A stretch of 35,999 nt of DNA, from IMG/VR virus record IMGVR_UViG_2541047899_000011; one strand, given 5' to 3'. This document shows positions 16,006 to 24,355 of the stretch, in pieces. The position numbers were made by a program, and so were the translations under genes. The stretch is from a virus (Duplodnaviria > Heunggongvirae > Uroviricota > Caudoviricetes). The first letter of the stretch is position 1. Every line of letters begins with the position of its first letter. A model generated the notes under the pieces. The model saw only the letters and a list, made by a program, of their open reading frames with translations, was not told the origin of the DNA and did not search any database.

Positions 16006-17158
16006 CGATGTTGACCTGGGTTATGCGTACACCCTGAAACCGGAAGAAGCGATTAAGTATTTCGAAAGCAAGGGATACGTTATCGGCTTCCGCTGGCACG
16101 ATGTGAAGGACATCGCACACGCCCGGGCGTTCACGGTGGCGGGCGTGCTGAAACTGGATGTGCTGAAGGATATCCGTGATGGCCTGACGGCGGCACTGGC
16201 TGACGGCGGGACGTTCCGGGAGTTTGCTGCACAACTGGAGCCGTTACTGGAGAAAAAAGGCTGGCTGGGTAAACGGCTGATTGTGGACGAGGACACCGGC
16301 GAACTGCACGGCAGACAGCTGACGCCGCGCCGGTTGCGTACGATATTTGATACCAATATTCAGTCGTCATACAACGCCGGACGTTATCAGCAGCAGATGG
16401 CGAACGTGGCTGACCGGCCTTATTTTGAGCGCGTGGCAGTGATGGACCTTCACACACGCCCGAAACACGCCGCCCTGAACGGCTTTACCGCCCGGGCGGA
16501 TGACCCGGTCTGGGAGTATTTCTACGCGCCTGACGGGTACGGATGCCGCTGCCGTATCCGGGCGCGTTCGGCGTCTGATGTGGAGAAATATGGCCTGACG
16601 GTGCAGAGCAGCGAGGGGCGACTGGTTGAGGTTGAACAGGAATATGGCCAGCCGGGCCAGACCATCAGAACAATGGGGCTGAAGATGCCGGACGGTTCCG
16701 TGTATACCGCCGACCCGGGCTTCGGATTTAATCCCGGTCGGGTGGCATGGCAGCCGGAACTGGAAAAATACGATTACCGCAGCGCCCGCCAGTATGTCAC
16801 CGGCACCCTGACCGGGCCGGATTTTGCCCGGGGACTGGCGAACGTCAGCGAACTGGATGCGCGCCAGCGATATCCGCTGGCCATCCGTTCACCGGAACAG
16901 GTCGCCGCCACGGGGGCCGCACGGCAGACGGTAAACCTTACGGCTGACGTTATGAAGCGCCTCAGTGCAACAGACACGCCCCCGACCGCCGCCGACTATG
17001 TGCTGATGCAGCAGACCATCGAACGGGCGGAGCATGTCACGCAGGACGGCAACGCGTGGCGGTATGCGTTACAGTCTGGCGACCGCTGGTCAGTGGCGAC
17101 GGTTGAGGATGACGTGCTGACAGACTGGGTTATGCAGGACACCCCGGAGGCATCATGA
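15992..17158 (+). CDS. head morphogenesis protein (Mu F-like, gp30)
   Basis: 388 aa following portal; Mu F-like family by sequence and order. Confidence 0.8.
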   Translation: MPTADDVDLGYAYTLKPEEAIKYFESKGYVIGFRWHDVKDIAHARAFTVAGVLKLDVLKDIRDGLTAALADGGTFREFAAQLEPLLEKKGWLGKRLIVDEDTGELHGRQLTPRRLRTIFDTNIQSSYNAGRYQQQMANVADRPYFERVAVMDLHTRPKHAALNGFTARADDPVWEYFYAPDGYGCRCRIRARSASDVEKYGLTVQSSEGRLVEVEQEYGQPGQTIRTMGLKMPDGSVYTADPGFGFNPGRVAWQPELEKYDYRSARQYVTGTLTGPDFARGLANVSELDARQRYPLAIRSPEQVAATGAARQTVNLTADVMKRLSATDTPPTAADYVLMQQTIERAEHVTQDGNAWRYALQSGDRWSVATVEDDVLTDWVMQDTPEAS

Positions 17159-17706
17159 GCGGCGGCAAACTGGATATTAAGATTGATTTAAGCGCGTATA
17201 ACACCACGCTGGGGAAACTGATTCGTTCCGTGAAGGACCGGCGCGACCTGATGACGGCACTTGCAGGCTCCATGCTGGATGCGGTTGAGACTAACTTTGA
17301 ACAACAGGGTCGCCCGAAATGGATGGGCTGGAGTCCGGCTTATGCGAAGCGACGCGGCCCCGGGCAAATCCTCCAGAAGTCCGGGCGACTGGCTGCCAGT
17401 ATCCGCTCTGCGGTTAACAATAACGAGGCCACGGTCGGGACAAACGTCCGTTACGCCCGTATCCACAACGAAGGCGGCGAAATCCGCCATCAGGCACGGA
17501 CGCAGAACCTGTATTTTAAACAGTACAAAAACGGCAGCGTCAGCACCCGCTTTGTGAAAAAGCGCAACAGTAACTTTGTGCAGAGCGCAACGGTCGGAGC
17601 GTATACGGTCAACATGCCCGCGCGTCCCTTCCTTCAGCTTGTGCAGGACGACATCGACGAGCTGGAGAACACTGCAAACCGCTATTTTGCGCGTGTGATT
17701 GACTGA
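17155..17706 (+). CDS. virion morphogenesis protein (Mu G-like)
   Basis: 183 aa; follows the F-like gene; conserved Mu order. Confidence 0.75.
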   Translation: MSGGKLDIKIDLSAYNTTLGKLIRSVKDRRDLMTALAGSMLDAVETNFEQQGRPKWMGWSPAYAKRRGPGQILQKSGRLAASIRSAVNNNEATVGTNVRYARIHNEGGEIRHQARTQNLYFKQYKNGSVSTRFVKKRNSNFVQSATVGAYTVNMPARPFLQLVQDDIDELENTANRYFARVID

Positions 17707-17798
17707 GTGGCCAGAAACGCGCTGTAATCGCCTTTGACGACATAAACGCCTCACGGATGAGGCATTACAGCACCGCATCCCATAAATGCCGTCAGAAT

Positions 17799-17823
17799 CG
17801 TTTTTAAAAGGGTTTTAAAAACG
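17799..17823. repeat. AT-rich 25-bp palindrome CGTTTTTAAAA-GGG-TTTTAAAAACG
   Basis: Perfect 11-bp inverted arms separated by GGG, in the G-I intergenic region about 40 nt upstream of motif copy 2. Confidence 0.75.
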
Positions 17824-17859
17824 GTTTTATTTCCCATTTTATCCTTTCGCGTTATGGCA

Positions 17860-17876
17860 GGGTGCTGAACACCCTC
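17860..17876 (+). promoter_or_regulatory. late-leader motif copy 2 (GGGTGCTGAACACCCTC), upstream of the I gene
   Basis: 15/15 identity with copy 3 over GTGCTGAACACCCTC; small GGGTG-ctgaa-CACCC hairpin. Confidence 0.4.
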
Positions 17877-17906
17877 CACAGTACCCCGTGTTCCCCTTCC
17901 GTCATC

Positions 17907-19049
17907 ATGCCGCGTATGAAGATGAACATTGCGGCGTTAAGCCTCGAAATTACTAAAGCAACCCACAGCGAAATCCAGCTGTTTCCGGCGGGCGAGTTCA
18001 GTGCTGTGGATGGTCGCCCACATACCGATGAAGTCGAAAGCGGTAAATGGGTGCTGACCGCTGAACTGGCCGCGCAGCTTGTCGCACAGGTGGCAGCCCG
18101 TGCCACGCCTTTTGTCATTGATTACGAACATCAGACGCTGCGCGCCGTAAACAACGGCAAGCCCGCCCCGGCGGCGGGCTGGTTCAGCCAGGTGGAATGG
18201 CGAGAAGGTGCGGGCCTGTATGCCACCGGTGTGGAGTGGACGGATAACGCGGCGGCCATGATTGCCGCCGGTGAGTACAAGTTTATTTCCCCTGTTTTTG
18301 CCTACAACAAGCGCGGCGAAGTGCTGGAGCTGTTACACGCCGCACTGACCAATACCCCTGCGCTCGACGGTATGGATGCGGTCATGCTGGCTGCGGCCAG
18401 CCGTCTGGCGAGTCTGTCAACTGAAACGGAGACCACAACGGTGGATGAAGAACTGTTAAACGATTTGCTGTCCAGTCTGCGCTGGATGCTTAACCTCCCG
18501 GTTACCTCAACGGCGGAAGATATTAAAAGCGAGCTGCAAAAGGTCGTTGACATGATTTCGAACGGTCAGGGAACGGCGGCGGCATCCGTCAGCCTGCTGG
18601 CCCTGCTGAATCAGAAAGACGAGCAAATCGCCAGCCTGTCAGCAAATGCCTATGACCCGACGAAGCATATCCCTCTGACGGCATATGAAGAACTTCAGGG
18701 ACGTTATGCCGTACTGGCGCAACAGTCCGGTGAAGCCGAAGCCGGGGCACTGATTCAGGCGGCGCTGTCTGACGGGCGGCTGCTTCCGACGCTGGAAGAC
18801 TGGGCGAAAGATTACGCTCGTCGCGATATCAACGGTTTTAAAACCTGGCTGGATAAAACCACCCCGCTTGCCGCACTCAGTAGCACCCAGACCGGCGGCA
18901 AACCACCCAAAACGCCGTCACCGGCCCCGGCGCAGATTAAAACCGGCGATGACGTCGATGTCGATATCGCCATTTGTTCCATGATGGGCACTGATCCAGA
19001 GGATATCGCCCGTTATGCAGGAAACGACTATTACGCAGGAGATGAGTAA
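17907..19049 (+). CDS. head protease/scaffold protein (Mu I-like)
   Basis: About 380 aa; QLFPAGEF...DYEHQT motifs typical of Mu I; start uncertain (GTG 17862, ATG 17907, 17919 or 17925). Confidence 0.8.
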   Translation: MPRMKMNIAALSLEITKATHSEIQLFPAGEFSAVDGRPHTDEVESGKWVLTAELAAQLVAQVAARATPFVIDYEHQTLRAVNNGKPAPAAGWFSQVEWREGAGLYATGVEWTDNAAAMIAAGEYKFISPVFAYNKRGEVLELLHAALTNTPALDGMDAVMLAAASRLASLSTETETTTVDEELLNDLLSSLRWMLNLPVTSTAEDIKSELQKVVDMISNGQGTAAASVSLLALLNQKDEQIASLSANAYDPTKHIPLTAYEELQGRYAVLAQQSGEAEAGALIQAALSDGRLLPTLEDWAKDYARRDINGFKTWLDKTTPLAALSSTQTGGKPPKTPSPAPAQIKTGDDVDVDIAICSMMGTDPEDIARYAGNDYYAGDE

Positions 19050-19445
19050 ATGGATCGCAATACCCCCTACCGTGACGGCGAGCTGAACCCGGTGCCGGTT
19101 GCCGCTGCGACCGAAATTTTTGGTGGTCATATGGTGGCCGTTAACGCATCCGGTTATGCCGTTCCGGCCAGTGCCACGGCCTCACAGATTACGCTGGGCG
19201 TGTCTGATGGCTGGGCGGATAACAGTACCGGCAGCGATGGCGATGTCACCGTTCTGGTGCGTTGCGGCAAAGATTTTCTGATGGTGAACAGCACCTCAGA
19301 CCCGGTCACACAATCGCAGGTCGGCAAGCTGTGCTACGTGGAAGACAGCGTGACCGTGGCAAAAACCGACAACAGCAGCGCCCGTCCTGTCGCAGGGAAA
19401 GTGATCGGCATCTGTGGCGATGGCGTCTGGGTTCATTTCAGTTAA
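19050..19445 (+). CDS. small head-associated protein (decoration-like, tentative)
   Basis: 131 aa between the I and major capsid genes; Gly/Val-rich beta-type sequence. Confidence 0.5.
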   Translation: MDRNTPYRDGELNPVPVAAATEIFGGHMVAVNASGYAVPASATASQITLGVSDGWADNSTGSDGDVTVLVRCGKDFLMVNSTSDPVTQSQVGKLCYVEDSVTVAKTDNSSARPVAGKVIGICGDGVWVHFS

Positions 19446-19455
19446 GGAGCAAAAC

Positions 19456-20364
19456 GTGTTAGTCAACGTTAAAAACGTCAAACAGATTTTTATCAATCTG
19501 AAGGCCACCTTCCAGAAAGCCTTCGACCAGTCGCCAACTGACTGGCAGAAGGTGGCAATGGAAGTGCCATCAAACGGCAAGGAAAACGACTACAGCTGGT
19601 TAAGTCGTTTCCCGAAAATGCGCGAGTGGATTGGTGACAAGGTCGTCAAATCACTGGCGGCATTTAACTACACCATCCGTAACAAGGACTGGGAAGCCAC
19701 GGTTGAAGTCGATCGTAACGACATCGAGGACGACCAGATTATGGGCTATGCCCTTCAGGCGAAAGGAGCCGGACAGTCGGCAGCAGAGCTACCGGCAGAT
19801 ATTGTGGCGTCCCTTATCAGTAACGGTTTTACCAATCTCTGTTATGACGGTCAGCCGTTCTTTGATACCGACCACCTGGTCGCCGGTAAATCGGTGTCCA
19901 ACAAAGGCACCAAAAAACTCAAAGTTGGTTCGCTTGCCGAGGCGAAAGCCTCCTACGGTGCCGCCCGTACATCCATGCGCAGCCTGAAAGATGACGAAGG
20001 CGCATCCCTCAAAATTCGCCCGAATCTGATGGTTGTACCACCGGCGCTGGAAGATGACGCGAACTACCTGATGACCGCCGAGAAGTTCCCGGACGGTACG
20101 CCGAACCCGTACCGCAACACCGCCGACGTGCTGGTGATGCCGGAGCTGGCGTCGGATTCTGCGTGGTTCCTGTTTGACACCACCAAACCGGTGAAACCGC
20201 TGATTTATCAGCTGCGTAAAAAACCTGTTTTTGTGGAGCAGACGGACTACAACAGCGACAACGTGTTCAAGCGTAAGAAGTTCCTGTTTGGTGCCGAAGC
20301 GCGCTGTAACGGTGGTTACGGCTTCTGGCAGATGGCGTTTGGCTCTGACGGTACGGAGGAATAA
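19456..20364 (+). CDS. major capsid protein (Mu T-like)
   Basis: GTG 19456 lies 6 nt after AAGGAG; alternative upstream starts GTG 19414 / ATG 19420; sequence and position match the Mu major head subunit. Confidence 0.85.
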   Translation: MLVNVKNVKQIFINLKATFQKAFDQSPTDWQKVAMEVPSNGKENDYSWLSRFPKMREWIGDKVVKSLAAFNYTIRNKDWEATVEVDRNDIEDDQIMGYALQAKGAGQSAAELPADIVASLISNGFTNLCYDGQPFFDTDHLVAGKSVSNKGTKKLKVGSLAEAKASYGAARTSMRSLKDDEGASLKIRPNLMVVPPALEDDANYLMTAEKFPDGTPNPYRNTADVLVMPELASDSAWFLFDTTKPVKPLIYQLRKKPVFVEQTDYNSDNVFKRKKFLFGAEARCNGGYGFWQMAFGSDGTEE

Positions 20365-20366
20365 GG

Positions 20367-20708
20367 ATGGCAAAAGTGATTGAGATTACCGCCCGCCGTG
20401 AGGGGTTTCGCCGCTGCGGTGTGGCACACAGCGCAACCACGAAGGCATGGCCTGCGGATGCGTTCACACCAGAACAACTGGCGGTGCTGAAGGCTGACCC
20501 CATGCTGATTGTGGTGGAACGTGATAAAGCGTCCGGCCAGAACGACGCGGCCCGGGGTGATGAGCTGGCCGCACAGCTGGATGCCGAACGCCAGAAAGTC
20601 AGCGAACTGACGGCGCAACTGGAAGAAGAACGCCAGAAAGTCAGTGAACTGACCGCACAGCTGAACGCCGCACAGAAAACACAAAAAGCGGACAAAAAGG
20701 AGAAGTAA
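20367..20708 (+). CDS. hypothetical head-region protein with internal 14-aa tandem repeat
   Basis: 113 aa; contains ERQKVSELTAQLEE / ERQKVSELTAQLNA encoded by a 42-bp direct repeat. Confidence 0.6.
   Translation: MAKVIEITARREGFRRCGVAHSATTKAWPADAFTPEQLAVLKADPMLIVVERDKASGQNDAARGDELAAQLDAERQKVSELTAQLEEERQKVSELTAQLNAAQKTQKADKKEK
20586..20669 (+). repeat. two copies of a 42-bp direct repeat inside gene 20367-20708
   Basis: GAACGCCAGAAAGTCAG(C/T)GAACTGAC(G/C)GC(G/A)CA(A/G)CTG at 20586 and 20628. Confidence 0.7.
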
Positions 20709-20711
20709 CCC

Positions 20712-21143
20712 ATGTCTTACGCCACACCGGAACAGTTCATCAGGGCGTTCAGTGAACGCGAGGCACGCACACTGACGGATGAAGACATGACAGGATTCAT
20801 CGACGAAGAAAAACTGGCCTCCGCGCTTGCGCGCGCCAGTGCCCAGATTGATGGCTATCTGGTGGGGCGTTACCGGACCCCGTGGCCTGACAGCCCGGGG
20901 ATTCTGGTGGGTTACTGCTGCGATATCGCCCGCTATCACCTGGCGACCGATTACCGTATCAGCTCAGAAGAAATTCAGATGCGCTACCGGGACGCCATCC
21001 GCTATCTGGAGAAAGTCGCGGCAGGACAAATCAACCTCGGGCGGGATACGTCCGGCAGCGTGATCCAGTCATCGTCACAGGTGCGTATCCGCTCCGGCTC
21101 CCGTCAGTTCGGGCGTGAGTCCACGCGGGGAGGTGCATTCTGA
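20712..21143 (+). CDS. Mu gp36-like protein (DUF1320)
   Basis: 143 aa; conserved position after the capsid gene. Confidence 0.7.
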   Translation: MSYATPEQFIRAFSEREARTLTDEDMTGFIDEEKLASALARASAQIDGYLVGRYRTPWPDSPGILVGYCCDIARYHLATDYRISSEEIQMRYRDAIRYLEKVAAGQINLGRDTSGSVIQSSSQVRIRSGSRQFGRESTRGGAF

Positions 21144-21778
21144 TTACTGAAATTGAACGGGCGCTGGTTGAACGTCTGCGTTGTGGTCTGGGGCATATGG
21201 TGCGGGAAGTCCGCACCTATGCCGGTGAACTGGATGAAGACCCGGGCCGGATTGTTCGCAGCCTTCCGGCAGCCTGGGTGACGTTCGGCGGCATCGTGAA
21301 AACCGAACGCTATTCCACGTCACGCCGGAAATACATTGCCACCGGACGCTTTGTGGTTGTGGTGGGTGATTACAACACCCGCAGCGAACAGAGCGCCAGA
21401 CAGGGAGGCACCGTCCGGGATGAGGTCGGGACAAACCAGCTGGTTGAATCCGTCCGTCGCCTGCTGACCGGTCAGGATTTGGGGCTGGAGATTGATTATT
21501 TCGAACCCGGGCGGGTCAGGACGCTGTTTAACACCGGCGTGGCAGAGCGGGCAATGTCCGTGTTTGCCTGTGAGTTCGATACCCGCTGGGTGGAGCACGC
21601 GCTGGAGAACGGCAAATGGCCGGAGCGTGGCGCAGAAGCGGACCGCCTCTTCAACCGCTACCACGGCAGGCTGTCAGACCCGGATCCGGATTTACTGCGA
21701 ATTGGTACGCAATACGGCGCAGATATCTGTGGTCTGGATGAATTAAGAGAGCAACAGCATGAACAAAATGAAGGTTAA
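21140..21778 (+). CDS. Mu gp37-like protein (DUF1834)
   Basis: Start uncertain: first ATG is at 21197, but the frame is open from 21140 (CTG) and encodes a plausible N-terminus ITEIERALVERL. Confidence 0.6.
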   Translation: MITEIERALVERLRCGLGHMVREVRTYAGELDEDPGRIVRSLPAAWVTFGGIVKTERYSTSRRKYIATGRFVVVVGDYNTRSEQSARQGGTVRDEVGTNQLVESVRRLLTGQDLGLEIDYFEPGRVRTLFNTGVAERAMSVFACEFDTRWVEHALENGKWPERGAEADRLFNRYHGRLSDPDPDLLRIGTQYGADICGLDELREQQHEQNEG

Positions 21779-22001
21779 GGCGGCTCCCGGGATGAAGTTC
21801 CCGATGGAGGATAACGCCCGGAAATACATCACCACGGAAGCGGTGACCGTTGAGAACACCGCTTATTACCGGCGCGCCGTTCAGGACGGTGACCTGATTC
21901 TGGTGAAGGATGAGCCTGAAACCACCGTGACGGCTGAACAGGACGCCGTGCAGGTAAAAGCGAAGGCGAAGAGAGAGAAACAGGTGGATTCCGATGAGTG
22001 A
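21759..22001 (+). CDS. Mu gp38-like small protein (DUF2635)
   Basis: 80 aa immediately upstream of the sheath gene. Confidence 0.65.
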   Translation: MNKMKVKAAPGMKFPMEDNARKYITTEAVTVENTAYYRRAVQDGDLILVKDEPETTVTAEQDAVQVKAKAKREKQVDSDE

Positions 22002-23415
22002 AATTCAGTTTGACACCATTTCGGGCGGCATCCGTAAGCCCGGCGTGCATTTTGAGTTTAATACCCGGCTGGCCGTTAACACGCTGCCGGGTAATGAACA
22101 GCGTGTTCTGGTGATTGGCCCGATGCTGTCAGGCGGCACCGCCACGCCCCTGAATGCCGTTTCCGTGTATTCCGAAGACGAAGCGGATGTGTATTTCGGG
22201 GCCGGTTCGCTGGCCGCTGCAATGGCGCGCGCGGCCATTAATGCCAACAGCTATCTGCAACTGGATGTTATCGGTATTGCAGACAGTGGCGCAGGAAAGG
22301 CGGCAACCGGCGCAGTTACCGTCAGTGGCACGGCAACCAGCAGCGGCACGCTGTCGGTATGGGTTGCCGGTGAGCAGGTCACGGTGGATGTGGAAACCGG
22401 TGATGAACCGTCGAAAATCATTCCGGCACTGGTGGAAGCAATGACGCAGACGCCCTCGCTTCTGGTGACGGGGGAATACAAATCGGAAGCCTCTCAGCTG
22501 ACGGTGACCACCCGGACCAAAGGAGCCTGGGGGAATGACATCACCCTGTCAGCATCCACCACGGCAGGTGGTCTGACCGTGAGCGCCACGCCGATGGCGA
22601 ACGGTGAAATGGACCCGGATATTCAGCCCGCACTGGATGCGGTCTTTGCCGCCGGTCACAACATTCTGATTTGTCCGTTCAGTACCACGCCAGCCCTTGC
22701 CGCCCTGAAGCAGCATCTGGAGAAAACCGGGAACGCGATGGAACAGCGCGGCGCGATTGGCTGTGCGGGCTGGACGGGCAGTCTCGGAAACGGGATCACC
22801 CTGGCAGCCGGTGTGAACAGCGGGCGCGTGTCCGTCCCCTGGTATCGCGGCTCCGTGAAGCTGCCAGCGGTGCTGGCCGCCATCTACGGCGCTGTGATGG
22901 CGGGCGAGGAAGACCCGGCGCGTCCGCTGAACTCGCTGGCACTGTCCGGGCTGGATGTGGTCGCCATGTCACAGCGTGAAAGCCGTAACGAGCAGGAAAA
23001 CGCCCTGCATAATGGCCTGACGCCGGTTGAGGTTGGCCCGGGTAACACGGTACAGATTGTGCGTGCGGTCAGTACGTACACGGTTAACGCACAGGGCGTG
23101 ACTGACGTCTCGTTACTGGATATCACGTCCATCAGAACGCTGGACTACACCCGCAAGGCGTGCCGCGAACGCATCAGCCTTCGCTTCCCGCGCGAAAAAC
23201 TCAGCACCCGCACTATCGCAAAAGTGGAAAGCGAACTGTATGACGTGCTGATCAAGCTGGAGGAAGCGGAGATTCTGGAGAACGTGGAAGCGAACAAGGC
23301 AAAGCTGCGCGTTCAGCGAAACGGGAAAGATGCAAACCGTCTCGACTGCGTGGTTCCGGCGGATGTGGTTAACGGCCTGCATGTGTTTGCCGGTCGCATC
23401 GACATGATTTTGTAA
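21994..23415 (+). CDS. contractile tail sheath protein (Mu L-like)
   Basis: 473 aa; size, order and sequence typical of a myovirus sheath. Confidence 0.85.
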   Translation: MSEIQFDTISGGIRKPGVHFEFNTRLAVNTLPGNEQRVLVIGPMLSGGTATPLNAVSVYSEDEADVYFGAGSLAAAMARAAINANSYLQLDVIGIADSGAGKAATGAVTVSGTATSSGTLSVWVAGEQVTVDVETGDEPSKIIPALVEAMTQTPSLLVTGEYKSEASQLTVTTRTKGAWGNDITLSASTTAGGLTVSATPMANGEMDPDIQPALDAVFAAGHNILICPFSTTPALAALKQHLEKTGNAMEQRGAIGCAGWTGSLGNGITLAAGVNSGRVSVPWYRGSVKLPAVLAAIYGAVMAGEEDPARPLNSLALSGLDVVAMSQRESRNEQENALHNGLTPVEVGPGNTVQIVRAVSTYTVNAQGVTDVSLLDITSIRTLDYTRKACRERISLRFPREKLSTRTIAKVESELYDVLIKLEEAEILENVEANKAKLRVQRNGKDANRLDCVVPADVVNGLHVFAGRIDMIL

Positions 23416-23427
23416 GGAGCGCGGTAA

Positions 23428-23802
23428 ATGTCCATTAAAGAATATGTCGGCTCGATTGTGCTGGAGGTGGACAGCCAGGAAATCGAGATCACCGACTTCG
23501 ATGTTCAGATCAACACCGGGCGAAAGCTGGTCAAGACCATGAACAAAACCGGCAGGGCCAAAGGCTTTGCCCGTGGCATTGCCACCTACGATATTTCAGT
23601 TTCGGCGGTTATCCCTGATACCAACGAGCCGGACTGGGAAAATCTGGAAGGTGTGAAAATTTCAATTTATCCGCTCAGCAACAGCGGTAAGCGCACCTCC
23701 TATCTGGACTGCTTCACTGTTGAAGTGGGTGAGAAATACACCGTCGACAGTGAAGCGAAAATTGATATCAAAATGGCTGCACTCAGGAAGGTGACAGGAT
23801 GA
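23428..23802 (+). CDS. tail tube protein (Mu M-like)
   Basis: 124 aa directly after sheath. Confidence 0.8.
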   Translation: MSIKEYVGSIVLEVDSQEIEITDFDVQINTGRKLVKTMNKTGRAKGFARGIATYDISVSAVIPDTNEPDWENLEGVKISIYPLSNSGKRTSYLDCFTVEVGEKYTVDSEAKIDIKMAALRKVTG

Positions 23803-24182
23803 CTTTGATTAATACACAGACCGGCGAACTGTCTGATGGCGTGGTATTTAACGGCACCGTTCATAAAAACTTTGAGCTGCGTCTGCCGGTCATGCGTGAT
23901 AACGGGCAGGCACTGGAAGAAACGGAAGAACGCTTTCAGACGGTGGACGGCTTCGCGGCAGATTATTACTACCGTTGCGCAGTGATGGCGGCAACGCTGG
24001 TCCGTCTTGGGGATATCCCGCAGGAAGAACTGACGGCGGATCTGTTGCACGACAACATGACGCCGGACGATTTTAATATTCTGCTGGCATCACGCAACGT
24101 CCTGAAGGTAAAGCGGAACGGCGGGAATCCCGGCTCGCCGGACTCCGGCTCGCAGTCCTTATCCTCGGGCGCTACGGAATAA
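23799..24182 (+). CDS. tail assembly chaperone (upstream frame)
   Basis: 127 aa between tube and tape measure; the -1 frame is open across its 3' end. Confidence 0.7.
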   Translation: MTLINTQTGELSDGVVFNGTVHKNFELRLPVMRDNGQALEETEERFQTVDGFAADYYYRCAVMAATLVRLGDIPQEELTADLLHDNMTPDDFNILLASRNVLKVKRNGGNPGSPDSGSQSLSSGATE

Positions 24183-24196
24183 CCGAAGAGCAAATC

Positions 24197-24355
24197 ATGA
24201 CCATGAGCCGTCCCGAGCTGGACGGCTGGCTTGCCGCCGTTGACAGGCTGAACGGCGGCGGCTCAGGAAGAAAGGACACCTCACAGACCACCCGCCAGTC
24301 ATTTAAATCCCTCAGAAAGAAACGCAGAAAAGGTAAGCAGAAAAATGGCCGGTAA
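24197..24355 (+). CDS. small basic ORF in the -1 frame; possible frameshift extension of the chaperone or independent 52-aa product
   Basis: -1 frame open from 24077 to 24355; ATG at 24197; basic C-terminus KKRRKGKQKNGR; overlaps the tape measure start. Confidence 0.35.
   Translation: MTMSRPELDGWLAAVDRLNGGGSGRKDTSQTTRQSFKSLRKKRRKGKQKNGR

Noticed and set aside
15138-16234. Minus-strand ORFs of 163-168 aa
   Set aside because: Antisense to the portal and F-like genes; Ser/Ala/Pro/Arg-rich composition typical of reverse-frame artefacts.
20316-20939. 207-aa minus-strand ORF
   Set aside because: Antisense to the major capsid and gp36-like genes, which are strongly supported by order and sequence; treated as spurious.
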